From a bacterium (GTDB lineage: Bacteria > Hinthialibacterota > Hinthialibacteria > Hinthialibacterales > Hinthialibacteraceae), in contig CAXXMV010000004.1 in NCBI GenBank assembly GCA_963662285.2, positions 32,001 to 96,000 on the forward strand: a stretch of DNA of 64,000 nucleotides. Direction: 5' to 3'. Positions within the stretch are counted from its first letter, which is position 1; every line of letters starts with the position of its first letter. A program made the position numbers and the translations under genes. Under the pieces are notes generated by a model. It was not told where the DNA came from. It saw nothing but the letters and a program-made list of their open reading frames with translations, and did no database searches. Shown here piece by piece: positions 1-11,145 of the stretch.

Positions 1-2
1 GT

Positions 3-1004
3 TTGGGTCTCGTTGATCAGGATAATGGGGTGCAAACGCGATTTGAAGACGCCATGTTCACCTTCACTTCTTCTGGAACGCTGCAGTTGATTGATGATTT
101 AGGTCGATCCGATTCGAGTCTAAATTTTACTCTGACGTTCCAGAGAGCTCCCAGCGCTACAACCAGAGACAATTACACTATTCAAGATCAGGCGGAACTT
201 ATCAAAGAGGGTTATGCTGAACAGGCCACTTTCAGTATTAATGGCGGTGAATCGATACGCGCCGAAGCTGGTGATGTTATTACTCTGTTCGGTCCTGAAG
301 CGACGGTAATTGGAATACCTCAAGAACAGGTGACTCTACGCGTCGGCAGCGGTTTTTCAGTAGGCACAGATAAACTGCAAACCTCGGCCAATGTTTATGA
401 AGGCGCTCTTAACGGTGGTGAAGAGGTTAAGTTTACTGCCGGGCAGCAGGATGTTGTGTTCATTTCAGGCGGAAAGTCTGATGGCCCGGCCAAATTTGTA
501 ACTGTCGATTTCGATGCAGTTCTTGATGTAACCAGTGATGGCGGCATCACGAACTCTGGCATTACTGTTTTGATTTCGACCAACAACTCGGGCTTGAATT
601 TCCAGATTGGTTCTAATAAAGGTCAGAATATCCAGTTCGCGCTTGGCGACCTGAAAGCGGATAATCTCGGATTCGGGCGCGGCAGCGGCAGAACGATGTC
701 CGATATTAATGTAACTACTTTGGATGGCGCCAATAAGGCGATTGAAGTGGTGGATGAAGCATTGGCTCAGGTAAACCGCACCAGGTCTATTCTGGGCGCC
801 GCAACCAACCGGCTTGAATCTACTATCGCTAACTTGAGCGTCGCTGCAGAGAACTTAACTGCTTCAGAATCCCGGATCAGGGATGCTGATTTTGCTAAAG
901 AAACCGCGGAATTTACACGGAATCAGGTTCTAATGCAGGCCGGCGTTTCAGTCTTGGCGCAAGCCAATTTCCAAAGTCAAGGTTTTCTTGCACTCCTCGG
1001 CTAA
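3..1004 (+). CDS. fliC: Flagellin, C-terminal part (5' end outside the window)
   Basis: FQIGSN motif and conserved flagellin C-terminal helix (VDEALAQVNRTRSILGAATNRLE...ESRIRDADFAKE...QAGVSVLAQAN); large variable domain upstream. Confidence 0.95.
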   Translation: MGLVDQDNGVQTRFEDAMFTFTSSGTLQLIDDLGRSDSSLNFTLTFQRAPSATTRDNYTIQDQAELIKEGYAEQATFSINGGESIRAEAGDVITLFGPEATVIGIPQEQVTLRVGSGFSVGTDKLQTSANVYEGALNGGEEVKFTAGQQDVVFISGGKSDGPAKFVTVDFDAVLDVTSDGGITNSGITVLISTNNSGLNFQIGSNKGQNIQFALGDLKADNLGFGRGSGRTMSDINVTTLDGANKAIEVVDEALAQVNRTRSILGAATNRLESTIANLSVAAENLTASESRIRDADFAKETAEFTRNQVLMQAGVSVLAQANFQSQGFLALLG

Positions 1005-1011
1005 GAGAGGT

Positions 1012-1062
1012 GAAACAAATGACGCAGGTAAGAGCAACATACTCTTACCTGCGTCATGTTTC
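1012..1062 (+). terminator. Strong stem-loop directly after fliC
   Basis: Perfect 16-bp inverted repeat atgacgcaggtaagag/ctcttacctgcgtcat with a 7-nt loop; U-tract is weak. Confidence 0.6.
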
Positions 1063-1112
1063 GAAGAATTAAGATATACCAATTTTTGAAAAATTAACTA
1101 AAGAAGGTCATC

Positions 1113-1310
1113 ATGAATGTTATGGATGCCTCAGCAAATTCTTTAGTTTCTTTGGACATGAGACTTGTATTCCAAATCGGAGGTCAGCAGACGAACGATA
1201 AAGCATCACAGGATAATGCACCGGTTTCCTCTTCTGATAATAAAACCAGAAAAGAGAATACATCTCCAAAAGAAAGCAATACGTCCAATAGCATAGATTT
1301 GCTGGCGTAA
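1113..1310 (+). CDS. Small hypothetical protein, possibly YjfB-like motility-associated
   Basis: 65 aa, RBS-like aagaagg upstream, low-complexity middle, C-terminus SIDLLA, directly downstream of fliC. Confidence 0.55.
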   Translation: MNVMDASANSLVSLDMRLVFQIGGQQTNDKASQDNAPVSSSDNKTRKENTSPKESNTSNSIDLLA

Positions 1311-1386
1311 ATAAAAAACTTGAATTATTTTCCCAATGCTCGCCCGTTCGTAAACGGGATGAGTATCTTTGTATTTTAAACCCGGA

Positions 1387-2409
1387 TTAAAACTCTAACT
1401 CGACTCCGGAACCTTCAACTATCTCTCCGATGCAGATACTGCCCGGGATTTGACTGCACACCGATTCTTTATCCGCCTGTTTAATCACCAGAATCAACCC
1501 GATTCCCATATTGAATACGCGGTACATCTCTGCTCGAGAAATATCCCCTGCTTCTTGTATCAGTGAGAAAATCGGCAGCGGTTGCCAGGTTTTAGCGTCA
1601 ATTTTCGCTTTGCAATTGTCGGGCAGGATGCGGCAGATATTGCCTTCAAAGCCTCCACCCGTGATATGGGTGATGCCGCGGATTTCTGTGTTCTTCCGGA
1701 TTCTGAAAACTTCATCCAGGTATGATCTATGTGGTTCAAGCAAATCCTCGCCCAGCGTCCTTGATAATCCCGGCGCCGGTTGATCCAGGGCGTATCCCTT
1801 TTCTTCCAGAAGAACCTTACGCGCCAGGGTATATCCATTGGTATGCAGGCCGGATGATGGAATGCCTATCAGAGCGTCTCCCGGTTCGATGCTGCCGCCG
1901 TCAATAATGTCATCTTCATCCACCATACCGACGATGCAGGCGGCCAGATCGTATTCTTCTGGAGCGTAAACATCCGACATTTGAGCGGTCTCTCCACCGA
2001 TCAACGCCATGCCCGCCGCTTTGCAGGCGGCGCTCATTCCTTCAATCAACTGTAGCACCACTTCATCGTCTTGTTTGGCGCAGGCGAAATAATCCAGAAA
2101 GAATAAAGGTTTGGCGCCGCAGGTCAGGATATCATTGATCGAGTGGTTGACCAGGTCGCATCCGATTCCATAGTGCTTTCCTGTAGATACGGCTAACTTG
2201 ACTTTGGTTCCCACTCCATCAACGCTGGAAACCAGTACGGGCTTTTTCATCGAAATGCCCGACAAGGAAAACATGGCCCCGAATGCGCCTTCTTTATGCA
2301 GGACGCGTTCGTTATGAGTTTGACCGATAGCTTTCGCAATGCGTTTTTTTACGCGGTCTCCCGCATCGATATCCACGCCCGCCTGGGCGTAACGGCTTGA
2401 TGTGTTCAT
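1387..2409 (-). CDS. purM: Phosphoribosylformylglycinamidine cyclo-ligase (AIR synthetase)
   Basis: YAQAGVDID, DGVGTK, GGETA, SSGLHTNGY, HITGGG and FNMGIG motifs. Confidence 0.97.
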   Translation of the reverse strand: MNTSSRYAQAGVDIDAGDRVKKRIAKAIGQTHNERVLHKEGAFGAMFSLSGISMKKPVLVSSVDGVGTKVKLAVSTGKHYGIGCDLVNHSINDILTCGAKPLFFLDYFACAKQDDEVVLQLIEGMSAACKAAGMALIGGETAQMSDVYAPEEYDLAACIVGMVDEDDIIDGGSIEPGDALIGIPSSGLHTNGYTLARKVLLEEKGYALDQPAPGLSRTLGEDLLEPHRSYLDEVFRIRKNTEIRGITHITGGGFEGNICRILPDNCKAKIDAKTWQPLPIFSLIQEAGDISRAEMYRVFNMGIGLILVIKQADKESVCSQIPGSICIGEIVEGSGVELEF

Positions 2410-2481
2410 TGATATTCCCTCTATTAATTAATATATCGTTGTTTTTCAAAATATCATTGTCTAAAATTGCCGGGTATAATG

Positions 2482-2512
2482 CGTAGGATGGGTCACGCCT
2501 TATCGACCCATC
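2482..2512 (+). repeat. REP-like palindrome, family A (GTAG-G[AG]TGGG...CCCA[TC]C)
   Basis: cgtaggatgggtcacgccttatcgacccatc. Related copies at 15790, 25611, 28796, 36377, 43590, 43646, 45223, 46346 and 48178. Confidence 0.8.
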
Positions 2513-2542
2513 AAAGAACCACCCATCACTTACAAACCACTA

Positions 2543-5068
2543 TCAAAATTGCCGGGTAAAGATAGTCAAATTCGGCAGCCCTATATTGCCTAAATCAACT
2601 ACATCATTTTCGATTACGGTAATATTAGGTAAAACTCCCACCTCATGCACCGAGTTGGTTGTTTTCTCGTATACATGAAAAATCAGATCATGATTGCCCG
2701 CAGGTATCTCTTCCAGTAGAAATTCATTGCCAAAAGTGGGAAAGACTTTGACGCCGGGGATATTAATCCCGGATAGCGTGGCATTTGATGGTCCGGTGAA
2801 TCTTCCCTGGATGCTTCCGGTGCTTACCAATGGAAATAACTTTTCATTAATATATTGCAAACGTAGTGTATCTTGAGCAATCTTTACTTCCTGTTCTTTA
2901 GGGTGATATCCTTGCGCTAGAAACCTGACGCGATAGATTCCCGGTTCGGTGAATGTTAGTTGATAGGTGCCATCGGGTGTATTAACTTGGCTGGTTTTGA
3001 CGAAAGGACGACCGCGAGGGTCTTTGGGAGTGCCTTCTACGCTCAGCATATACTGATGAATCAATTGATTTGTATCGTTATCAACAATAGTGCCCATCAG
3101 GTTCCATTCACCAAGCACCAGAGATACATCGGCGCCAGTGCTTCCAGCCGCAATCTGGTATAAGACTCCGGTTAATGGTGGATTGGAATCAACCCGGAAA
3201 TGGATGTCGTATACTCCTTCGGGCAAACCATCCAGGTGATAGATGCCAGCAACGTCTGAAATGGCGTTTGAAATGCCTCCCTGGGGTAATTGAGTAGTTA
3301 CTGACACGCCTGCCAGTGATTGACCGTTGACATCCAAAACGCGGCCTTCGATAAAACCGCCTTGTTCCATGGTTAAGGTTATGGTTTGCTGTCCTTCTGA
3401 TTGAAGAATGATCTGTTTACTGATAGAAGCGTAATTCTCTTTTTGGGCGGTTATTTCATGCGTCCCGCCGAATGTATTGAGCGATTGTGATAGTGCAACC
3501 TGGTCGATGCGGAATGATCCTGCTCCATCGCTGATTGTTTCCCGTACCTGGTTTTGCGCTAGGTCGCGCAAAGATATGCGTACTTCAGCAACAGCGTTGC
3601 CTGATTTGTCGACTACGTTGCCAGTCAGTTCAGTCAATCCCTGGAGAGTAATGGTAATATCGTTGATTTGCGTCTCCAGGTCTGAGGGTAGCGGATCGCT
3701 AAGCCCCGTTCCATAATCAGGGTGAGATGCCTGTAAGCGAACAGTATAATTATCCAGGGTTTGGCCTCCAGTGATAGGAACTCCGGATAAATGAAATCTT
3801 CCATCGGAACTGCTAGTGGTTTGGACGCTTGCCAGTCCGGCTATAGTGATTACTGCATTGGCGACTGGTTGGTTGCTGGAATCTATTACCAAACCGTTTA
3901 CAGAACGCCCTGATACGGCGACAAAATCAATATTACTGGCGCTTTTTTCAAACAACCTTACCGATTTGAAATCATCTTTCAGGGGAATGACGTAATTGAG
4001 GTGAGCGTTCTCATTCGCCGCGCTTGAAACCAGGTAGGTTCCCTGTTTTAGGTTATCGAAACGATAGAATCCGCTGGCATCGGTCTCTATTATATTGTCT
4101 TCTGGAGTTGAACCTGAATTTTGTAAGATGGCGCGGAGCTTAAAGCCAGAAATTCCCTGTTGGTTATCTGAGGCGATAATTCGGCCTGAGATCGAGTATG
4201 TAGGACGGTCAAGTTGTAGAATTATCTCATTCCCACTGGGTAGATCGACTTCTTTTGTTCCATTACCTGAATCAGTATAACCTTCCTGAGATGCCTGAAG
4301 GCGCACGCGGCTAGACGGTGTATTGTCAAAAGAGAAGCGGCCTTCCGCATCTGCATTGACATCTATTACCCAGATTCCTACCAGGGCTTTGGCTTGTACC
4401 TGCGCGATTGCGATAGGTTCTCCGAATTGATCCTGTACCCGTCCGGCGAGTGTTCCTTCAGCAATTAAGGTGAGAATTAGATCAGTCGAGCCAATTTTAA
4501 CGTCTTTTAGTATGGCTGGTTGGTAACCGGCTAACTGCGCAGCCAGGGTGACGTTTGGTTGGTTGATTTTTTCAATTTTGAATTTTCCTCCTACTTCGCT
4601 GAAAGCCATGGGCTGGCCATTGATTTGAATGGCGGCGCCTTGCAATGGAACATCAAGGTTATCTTTTACGATGCCCGCAATTCCATTGGGGAGGGTTTTA
4701 TTATGGGCATTGGCGTCTTTGGCTGCATCAGATAATGCGCCGGGAGTAGAAGGGTCTGAATGATTGGCCGCCAACTGTGATTCAGTGGAGCTGGGGATAT
4801 CTGAACCGGATGTTGATCCATCCGACTCAGAACCGCCGCTTGATCCTGTATTGGATAGATGGTTTTGTGAAGGATTATCTTTGCCTGATATCGAGTCTTT
4901 TGTATTTGTTGAAGAATCGTTGTTTAGGCCGTTTTTGTTAATAGTTAATGCCTGATCATCACTGATGGGCGATTGCTTTACGTGCATCGCTGGCATAAAA
5001 ATGATTATGCCCATGACTATAAGAACTACAATAATTAGTCCAACAATTAGAATAGATTGAGAGCGCAT
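2543..5068 (-). CDS. Membrane-anchored protein with repeated carboxypeptidase-regulatory-like (transthyretin/Cna-like) domains
   Basis: N-terminal TM helix, Ser/Gly-rich linker, about 7 repeats of G-x-V-x-D-x-x-G-x-P...(S/T)D-x-x-G-x-[FY]. Confidence 0.85.
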   Translation of the reverse strand: MRSQSILIVGLIIVVLIVMGIIIFMPAMHVKQSPISDDQALTINKNGLNNDSSTNTKDSISGKDNPSQNHLSNTGSSGGSESDGSTSGSDIPSSTESQLAANHSDPSTPGALSDAAKDANAHNKTLPNGIAGIVKDNLDVPLQGAAIQINGQPMAFSEVGGKFKIEKINQPNVTLAAQLAGYQPAILKDVKIGSTDLILTLIAEGTLAGRVQDQFGEPIAIAQVQAKALVGIWVIDVNADAEGRFSFDNTPSSRVRLQASQEGYTDSGNGTKEVDLPSGNEIILQLDRPTYSISGRIIASDNQQGISGFKLRAILQNSGSTPEDNIIETDASGFYRFDNLKQGTYLVSSAANENAHLNYVIPLKDDFKSVRLFEKSASNIDFVAVSGRSVNGLVIDSSNQPVANAVITIAGLASVQTTSSSDGRFHLSGVPITGGQTLDNYTVRLQASHPDYGTGLSDPLPSDLETQINDITITLQGLTELTGNVVDKSGNAVAEVRISLRDLAQNQVRETISDGAGSFRIDQVALSQSLNTFGGTHEITAQKENYASISKQIILQSEGQQTITLTMEQGGFIEGRVLDVNGQSLAGVSVTTQLPQGGISNAISDVAGIYHLDGLPEGVYDIHFRVDSNPPLTGVLYQIAAGSTGADVSLVLGEWNLMGTIVDNDTNQLIHQYMLSVEGTPKDPRGRPFVKTSQVNTPDGTYQLTFTEPGIYRVRFLAQGYHPKEQEVKIAQDTLRLQYINEKLFPLVSTGSIQGRFTGPSNATLSGINIPGVKVFPTFGNEFLLEEIPAGNHDLIFHVYEKTTNSVHEVGVLPNITVIENDVVDLGNIGLPNLTIFTRQF

Positions 5069-5200
5069 ACGGTGATCTCCTTAAATATATTCTAAGTATA
5101 TCACGGCTGGAAAAACAGCCTATGACTATATTAAGGTTGAAAGAAATATCTCTTTATATTGTAGATGTGAGTTGTTCGATTCACATATTATTATGGCTTC

Positions 5201-5312
5201 TTACGTGATTCTCAAAATAATATTCGTTTATTATCACATTTAGGCTTAAAAAAACTATCTGTTCTAACTGTTTCAAACCGCAAATCAGTACTTTATTATG
5301 CATACCACTCTA
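5201..5312 (+). mobile_element. Degenerate copy of the ~114-bp MITE-like repeat
   Basis: Colinear with 19537-19658 (ttcgtttattatcac...aatcag...ttattatg...actcta). Confidence 0.55.
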
Positions 5313-5688
5313 AAGTTATTTTGAGCCGATTGATTTGTGAATGCTGTAAGGCATTCTAATTAAATAGGATAAGTTTGTATAAATGTGATTTTATGGACAA
5401 AATTTTAAATATTTGCTTTATGCGTCTTTTCTTTACTTGAGATATGTGCAATTATAGTTTATGTTATTTAATACCACTGTATTATATTTTGCTTCTTTAG
5501 TGCTCATGAAAAACAGAGTTTTTTTATATGTACTGTATATTTAGTATAATCATTTTCGGCTATGATAAAGTCTAAGCATTACTTTATGCTCATTATAATA
5601 TTGCAGTGATTGACTTGAGGTATGTAAATTAAATTGTTTTTGTTCTATTTTTGCGAATCTAATTGATGGATAATTTGGATAAATATTA

Positions 5689-6066
5689 ATGAAGCTTCTT
5701 TTAGATACTCATATTCTTCTTTTGTGGCTTGATGATAATCAAGCAGTATCCGATAAGATACGGAATATGATTCAATCAAGAGATAATTTGATTTTTGTCA
5801 GCGCTGCTAGTATATGGGAAATTTCGATAAAATCCGCCTTGGGGATATTAAAAACTCGGGTAGATATTGCCGAGGTTTTACAGACGAATGGTTTTCAATC
5901 TATCCCGATAACCACGTCTCACGCGCAAAGGGCCGGTAATTTACCTCCTGGCAATGGCGATACTTTTAATAGAGTGTTAGTAGCCCAAGCCTTGGAAGAA
6001 GGTTTGTCCATTATCACGCGAGACAGCCAAATCGAGCAGTATCATGTTGATATTATCCGCTGTTGA
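5689..6066 (+). CDS. vapC: PIN-domain VapC-family protein, orphan
   Basis: LLLDTH, SAASIWE and ITRD motifs; the usual DPFDR reads DTFNR; no antitoxin ORF upstream. Confidence 0.85.
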   Translation: MKLLLDTHILLLWLDDNQAVSDKIRNMIQSRDNLIFVSAASIWEISIKSALGILKTRVDIAEVLQTNGFQSIPITTSHAQRAGNLPPGNGDTFNRVLVAQALEEGLSIITRDSQIEQYHVDIIRC

Positions 6067-6102
6067 GATTATTCACTGTTGATTCTTAATGTCGATCAAC
6101 TC

Positions 6103-9100
6103 CTAGGATTCATCCAATATTTCGCGTATTTTTTGAAGTAGTTTTTCTTCCGATACTGGTTTTTGAATGAAATTAATGCCAGGATCAAGGATGCCATAGT
6201 GCACTATTTCATTATCGGTATAACCTGACATATATAGATTTTTTATATCCGGTTTAATGGATTTCATAATATTATAGAGTTCAATTCCATTCATTTTCGG
6301 CATGATTACATCAGTTAGCAGTAAATGAATTTTTTCGGTGTAATCCTCACTTATTTGTATGGCTTCAGGCCCGTTATTTGCAATTAGAGTGTTGTATCCG
6401 TTATTCTTCAAGAAGCGGTAAACGATTTTTCTTACGATTTCCTCGTCTTCCACCAGAAGGATTGTCTCGTCGCCTGATTGTTTTTTGGTTTTTGGTTTAC
6501 TTTCTATTTGAGATTCAATCTCTTCTAATATTCGCGGGAAATAAATCTTAAATGTTGTTCCCTTATCTGGCTCGCTATATACCCAAATATTACCGTTGCT
6601 CTGTTTTACAATTCCATAAACAGTTGATAGCCCTAAGCCGGTTCCTTTGCCCATTGCTTTGGTTGTGAAGAATGGATCAAAAATATGCTCTATGATATCC
6701 TTGGGAATTCCGCTTCCGTTGTCGCTTATCGCTATCATTACGTATGATCCGGATTTAACGCTGATATGCATATCGCAATATTCTTTATCAAGATCAACGT
6801 TGCTGGTTTCTATGTTTAATCGTCCACCTTTTGGCATGGCGTCTTTCGCGTTAATCGCCAGGTTCATGATGATCTGCTCGATTTGTCCGGGATCCGCCAT
6901 GATTTTTCCGATTGATGATTCTGGATGAGTAACCAGTTCAACGCTCTCTCCAATCAACCGTTGCAGCATTTTTTTCATATCCTCAACCATGTTGTTGAGG
7001 TCCAACTGTTTGGGTTGCAGGACTTGTTTTCTACTGAAGGCTAGTAGTTGTCTGGTTAATGTTGTTGCTCGTTCAGCTGCTTTTAGGATTTCTTCAGTAT
7101 CTTCTCTTAACGGGCTGCCTTGATCGAGTGCATTGTGCAGTAAACTTCCATAACCTTTGATTGCCATAAGCAGATTATTGAAATCATGGGCGATGCCGCC
7201 GGCCAGTTGTCCGATGGCTTCCATTTTCTGAGCTTGGCGTAACTGCGCTTCTAATAGTTCTTTCTCTTGTTCAGCCTTTTTCGCCTCTGTTATATCCTGA
7301 ACTGTTCCTACTAGTTGGATTGCATTGTTATTACTATCTTTAATCAACTCCGCTTGTTCATAAACCCAGCGTTCCTCTCCATCAGGACGAATGATTCTAT
7401 GTTCAATGCTATATGGTTGTAATTTTAAAATGGCGGTTTCAGCAGATTTTTTAACTTTATCCAGGTCATCCGGATGGATCAGTGAATAGAATGAACTCTG
7501 TTTCCCGTCAAAGTGGCTTTTATCTACGCCAAAAATATGGTGCGTCTCATTAGACCAGGCAAGGTCTTTCGTAATTAGGTTTGAATTCCAACTGCCAATA
7601 TGCGCAATGCTCTGCGCTGTTTCCAATTGCTCTTTGCTCTTGGTTAATTCTTCTTCGATGCGCTTTATTTCAGTAACATCCGAGAAAACGACTATGCCAG
7701 CAATGATCCCGCCATCGCTTTTTCTTATCGGCGCAGCATTTGCCAGCAGCCATCTTTTTTCGCCATCGGCTCGATGGATGATTACAGATACATTGTTTGA
7801 TGATTTTCCTTGCAAGACAGCTTGTGATAAGGGCCAATCCTCCGGTTTGAAGGGTGTTCCTTCACTATGATAAGTCTCAAATTTATTTGCAAGACTCTGT
7901 AATGTGATATTAGTCAATGGTGAATTGGTTTCACCTAGCATTTCCCGGGCCGCGTCGTTTGCAATCAGGATATTAACATCCGGCGCATCGGCTATGATTA
8001 TTCCAACGGCGGATTGCTGGATAGCCACGCCTAGAAGCGCTTGTAGTTTGGCAATCTCCTCTTCCGTAGTGATACGTTCAGTGATATCCCAGAAGATGCC
8101 GAGGATGCTGGTTATGTTCCCCTGCTTGTCCCTGACAGGAGTTACTACTTTTTCAAACCATTTGGTTCCTTCTTCTGTTTTATATTCTTCAATAATTTGA
8201 ATGGAATTGCCTGTTTCGAGTACATATTTATCATTATTTTGATGCTTGTTCGCCAGTTCATCGGAGAATAAATCGTAATCGTTTTTCCCGATAATCTCTT
8301 CTAACGATTTTCCCAGCAGTGTACAAAAACTATTATTGGCGGAAATAAATCTGGATTTTTCATCTTTCATAAATATGAATTGCTTCAGGTTCTCAACTAA
8401 TGTCCGGTATAGTTCTTCTCTTTCTGACAATTGCCTGGTTCTAGTGGCAACCGTTTTCTCGAGCCACAGATATCGAGAAATGGCAAAAGCTGTAGTAATC
8501 AAGATTATCAGTAATCCCACCGAACCGAGTAAAAGTACAATAGGGTCTTTGTACCATGGCGATAGAACAAAGAAATTAAATTGGGCCGGCGTATTATCTA
8601 TGTTGCCATATCGATCCATGGCGCGAACTTCGAAGATATGGCTCCCCTCGATCAATCCGGATTTAGAAAATTCTGCAATTGGAAGAAAAGGCGACCAGGA
8701 TATGTAATCCAGTCTGCAAGAGAATAAGAGTCTATCCTTAAGTGTTTGCTTCCACCGGTCTGTTCCATCAAATACCAGCCTGATCCTCCCATCAGGAGGG
8801 ATGGTCGTCATATTACGTTCAATCGGTATAAATGTTTCTGGCGGATAGGTATCCGTATCGGGTTGGAATTGTCTTAAGCCATATTTCGACAGCGCCCATA
8901 TATTGTCTGTGCGATCTTGATATATGTTATGAATAGTGGCGTCTGGAAGTCCATCTTCAACTGTATTTGAAATCCATGATCCTTCACGGAACCGGTGTAC
9001 GCCCGATCCCGATGCTACCCAGATATCCCCGTCTTTTGATTGCATCATGTTGCGAACTGTTTCCAGATTGGGAGAACTGATGGTTCTCCATTGCTTTCCG

Positions 9101-10752
9101 TAATATTCCAGAATATTGTCCCGCCCTCCAGCCCAGATGCGGCCATTTCTCAATTCTAACAAACAGAAAGCCCCATAACCGGTATATCCATTTTGTGGAT
9201 TGTATGATTGGTATTCACCTTGGTTAATCCGGGCTATTCCACTTACTCCTCCTATCCAGATATCCCCGTTTCTGGTTCCTAAAAGAGTGCGGATGTTTCC
9301 GGTATCTTTTGGTGATAGTGATTGGAATAACGTTTGAAAATTTCGTCCATCATAAGACTCAATTTGCATCGAACTGGCATCTTTGCCTGATGCTAATAAT
9401 AAAAGACCATTGGCTTGTGGATTATAATGGGCTATATATAAATTATCGGGGTGCTTAATGGCTTCGAAGCGTTCTGCTTCTGGATTAAAACAAATAATTT
9501 GGCCCTGTTGAATTCCAATAATCAACTCGCCTGTTGGCATTAAATGTAAAGTAGAATCATTAAAAGTACTATTGGTAATCGTTTGTGGTAGGGGGTATTT
9601 GGTCTCTTGATTATTGTTGAAAAGATGCAGATCTTGGCCGGTCAGTAACCATAATCGCTTCTGGGCGTCTTCATGGATTGATAAGGCATTGACATCCACT
9701 TCGCTAATTTGTTCAGGCGCTCCCCAGGCCGAGGGATTATATTTCATTAATCCTGTGCTGCTTGCTATCCAGAATTGGTGTTTTGACTCGATTAAAAAAT
9801 CCTTCAGCTTGCCGGATTGAACCCGGTTTCTTGGAATAACAGTTACCTTATTATTGTGATACCGCTTTAATCTCCATGAGAATACTGTCCCTTCTATTGT
9901 CCAAATTTCTTGTTTTTTACAACAAATCCACCCAGCTATAAGGTTTTCTTCGGTGTTAAGGTCATGATGCTTCCATTCCTTCTTATCCAAAGACAATAGC
10001 ATATTGCGTTTGGATTCTTTTTCTAAGCCAATCACAAATAAAACGCCATCAGCCGATTCTATAGGATTTTTGAGATTATAAATTTGAAGATCACCGGGAA
10101 TGGGGAATTCTTCCCAGTCAATTGTTAATCTGTTTTGATCATCATAAGAATCTTGAACAAAGACCGCTCCGTGCGAGCCTATAATCCATATTCCATTATT
10201 ATTTGATTCAATAATTCTTCTGTATTTTCCAATTGCTGTATCGCTGGATTTTTTAATTATTTGCGTTGCGCCTGACTGCGCGTTGAATTGCAACAACCCT
10301 TCAGGAATGGTGAATAGTATACGGTCGCGTGACCGGGATATGAACGTTATTGAATGAAATGAGTTTTCATTAATATAGGTTTTATCAACTTCATACCTAA
10401 CCCATTTATCCCCAACGTATTGGGTGAAACCCTGGGGGTAAATAGACCACATTTGTTTGGCTTGGTTTTCTATGACTTTGACGCCTAGAAATGGGCTGGG
10501 AATAGTGCGGAAATGGTGTCCATTGTAGATGCTCATCTCGCCAACATCGCCATGATTGATTAAAAGGTTACCCTGGGGGCTTAACGATATGGCCGATATC
10601 CATGATTCCTTCATGCCATCTTGGGATGTATATATTCTAAAAGGCGGATATTCCGTAGGATACGCAATTTTTTCTGGTTTTATGGAAACAAAAATAATTG
10701 CAAAAATAATGAAGAAAAAGGTATTGATGTTAAATTTTATATAGAAAAACAT
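6103..10752 (-). CDS. Hybrid sensor histidine kinase: periplasmic beta-propeller/Ig sensor, TM, 3 PAS, HisKA, HATPase, REC
   Basis: Propeller repeats (DGLPD, GDIWV), F-x-VRAMD Ig motif, [11 protein letters not shown]-box, GKGTGLGL, receiver LLLTDVIMP. Confidence 0.93.
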   Translation of the reverse strand: MFFYIKFNINTFFFIIFAIIFVSIKPEKIAYPTEYPPFRIYTSQDGMKESWISAISLSPQGNLLINHGDVGEMSIYNGHHFRTIPSPFLGVKVIENQAKQMWSIYPQGFTQYVGDKWVRYEVDKTYINENSFHSITFISRSRDRILFTIPEGLLQFNAQSGATQIIKKSSDTAIGKYRRIIESNNNGIWIIGSHGAVFVQDSYDDQNRLTIDWEEFPIPGDLQIYNLKNPIESADGVLFVIGLEKESKRNMLLSLDKKEWKHHDLNTEENLIAGWICCKKQEIWTIEGTVFSWRLKRYHNNKVTVIPRNRVQSGKLKDFLIESKHQFWIASSTGLMKYNPSAWGAPEQISEVDVNALSIHEDAQKRLWLLTGQDLHLFNNNQETKYPLPQTITNSTFNDSTLHLMPTGELIIGIQQGQIICFNPEAERFEAIKHPDNLYIAHYNPQANGLLLLASGKDASSMQIESYDGRNFQTLFQSLSPKDTGNIRTLLGTRNGDIWIGGVSGIARINQGEYQSYNPQNGYTGYGAFCLLELRNGRIWAGGRDNILEYYGKQWRTISSPNLETVRNMMQSKDGDIWVASGSGVHRFREGSWISNTVEDGLPDATIHNIYQDRTDNIWALSKYGLRQFQPDTDTYPPETFIPIERNMTTIPPDGRIRLVFDGTDRWKQTLKDRLLFSCRLDYISWSPFLPIAEFSKSGLIEGSHIFEVRAMDRYGNIDNTPAQFNFFVLSPWYKDPIVLLLGSVGLLIILITTAFAISRYLWLEKTVATRTRQLSEREELYRTLVENLKQFIFMKDEKSRFISANNSFCTLLGKSLEEIIGKNDYDLFSDELANKHQNNDKYVLETGNSIQIIEEYKTEEGTKWFEKVVTPVRDKQGNITSILGIFWDITERITTEEEIAKLQALLGVAIQQSAVGIIIADAPDVNILIANDAAREMLGETNSPLTNITLQSLANKFETYHSEGTPFKPEDWPLSQAVLQGKSSNNVSVIIHRADGEKRWLLANAAPIRKSDGGIIAGIVVFSDVTEIKRIEEELTKSKEQLETAQSIAHIGSWNSNLITKDLAWSNETHHIFGVDKSHFDGKQSSFYSLIHPDDLDKVKKSAETAILKLQPYSIEHRIIRPDGEERWVYEQAELIKDSNNNAIQLVGTVQDITEAKKAEQEKELLEAQLRQAQKMEAIGQLAGGIAHDFNNLLMAIKGYGSLLHNALDQGSPLREDTEEILKAAERATTLTRQLLAFSRKQVLQPKQLDLNNMVEDMKKMLQRLIGESVELVTHPESSIGKIMADPGQIEQIIMNLAINAKDAMPKGGRLNIETSNVDLDKEYCDMHISVKSGSYVMIAISDNGSGIPKDIIEHIFDPFFTTKAMGKGTGLGLSTVYGIVKQSNGNIWVYSEPDKGTTFKIYFPRILEEIESQIESKPKTKKQSGDETILLVEDEEIVRKIVYRFLKNNGYNTLIANNGPEAIQISEDYTEKIHLLLTDVIMPKMNGIELYNIMKSIKPDIKNLYMSGYTDNEIVHYGILDPGINFIQKPVSEEKLLQKIREILDES

Positions 10753-11145
10753 AACTCATTTATCCTTGTTATGATAATAAATTTTACACAAAAATCGAAT
10801 TTTCAGTTATATGTGATATGTTGTGCTTATCACAATTATGAATTAATATTATCTCCATGTAATATTATCAACGATTAATTGCTTTATATATAAACATAAC
10901 TAAATATTTATTATTTAGTACTAATAATTATCTTGTAATATAAATTTTTAGTATCATTTATATATATTGTATCATAAATTATTGTAATTTGTATCGAAAA
11001 ACAGGATATTTGTTATATTTTTTTATTCATCTATTTCACTCTTCAATTGAAATAGATGACAGATTATTAAAACATAGATGTTATAAAATTGCTTTTACAC
11101 CTGCTATACTGGCTTAATCCATAATCCTTCAATGAGGTTTTTATA

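Noticed and set aside
10753-11145. Very AT-rich intergenic region as a replication origin
   Set aside because: No cluster of DnaA boxes seen; explained as a divergent promoter region
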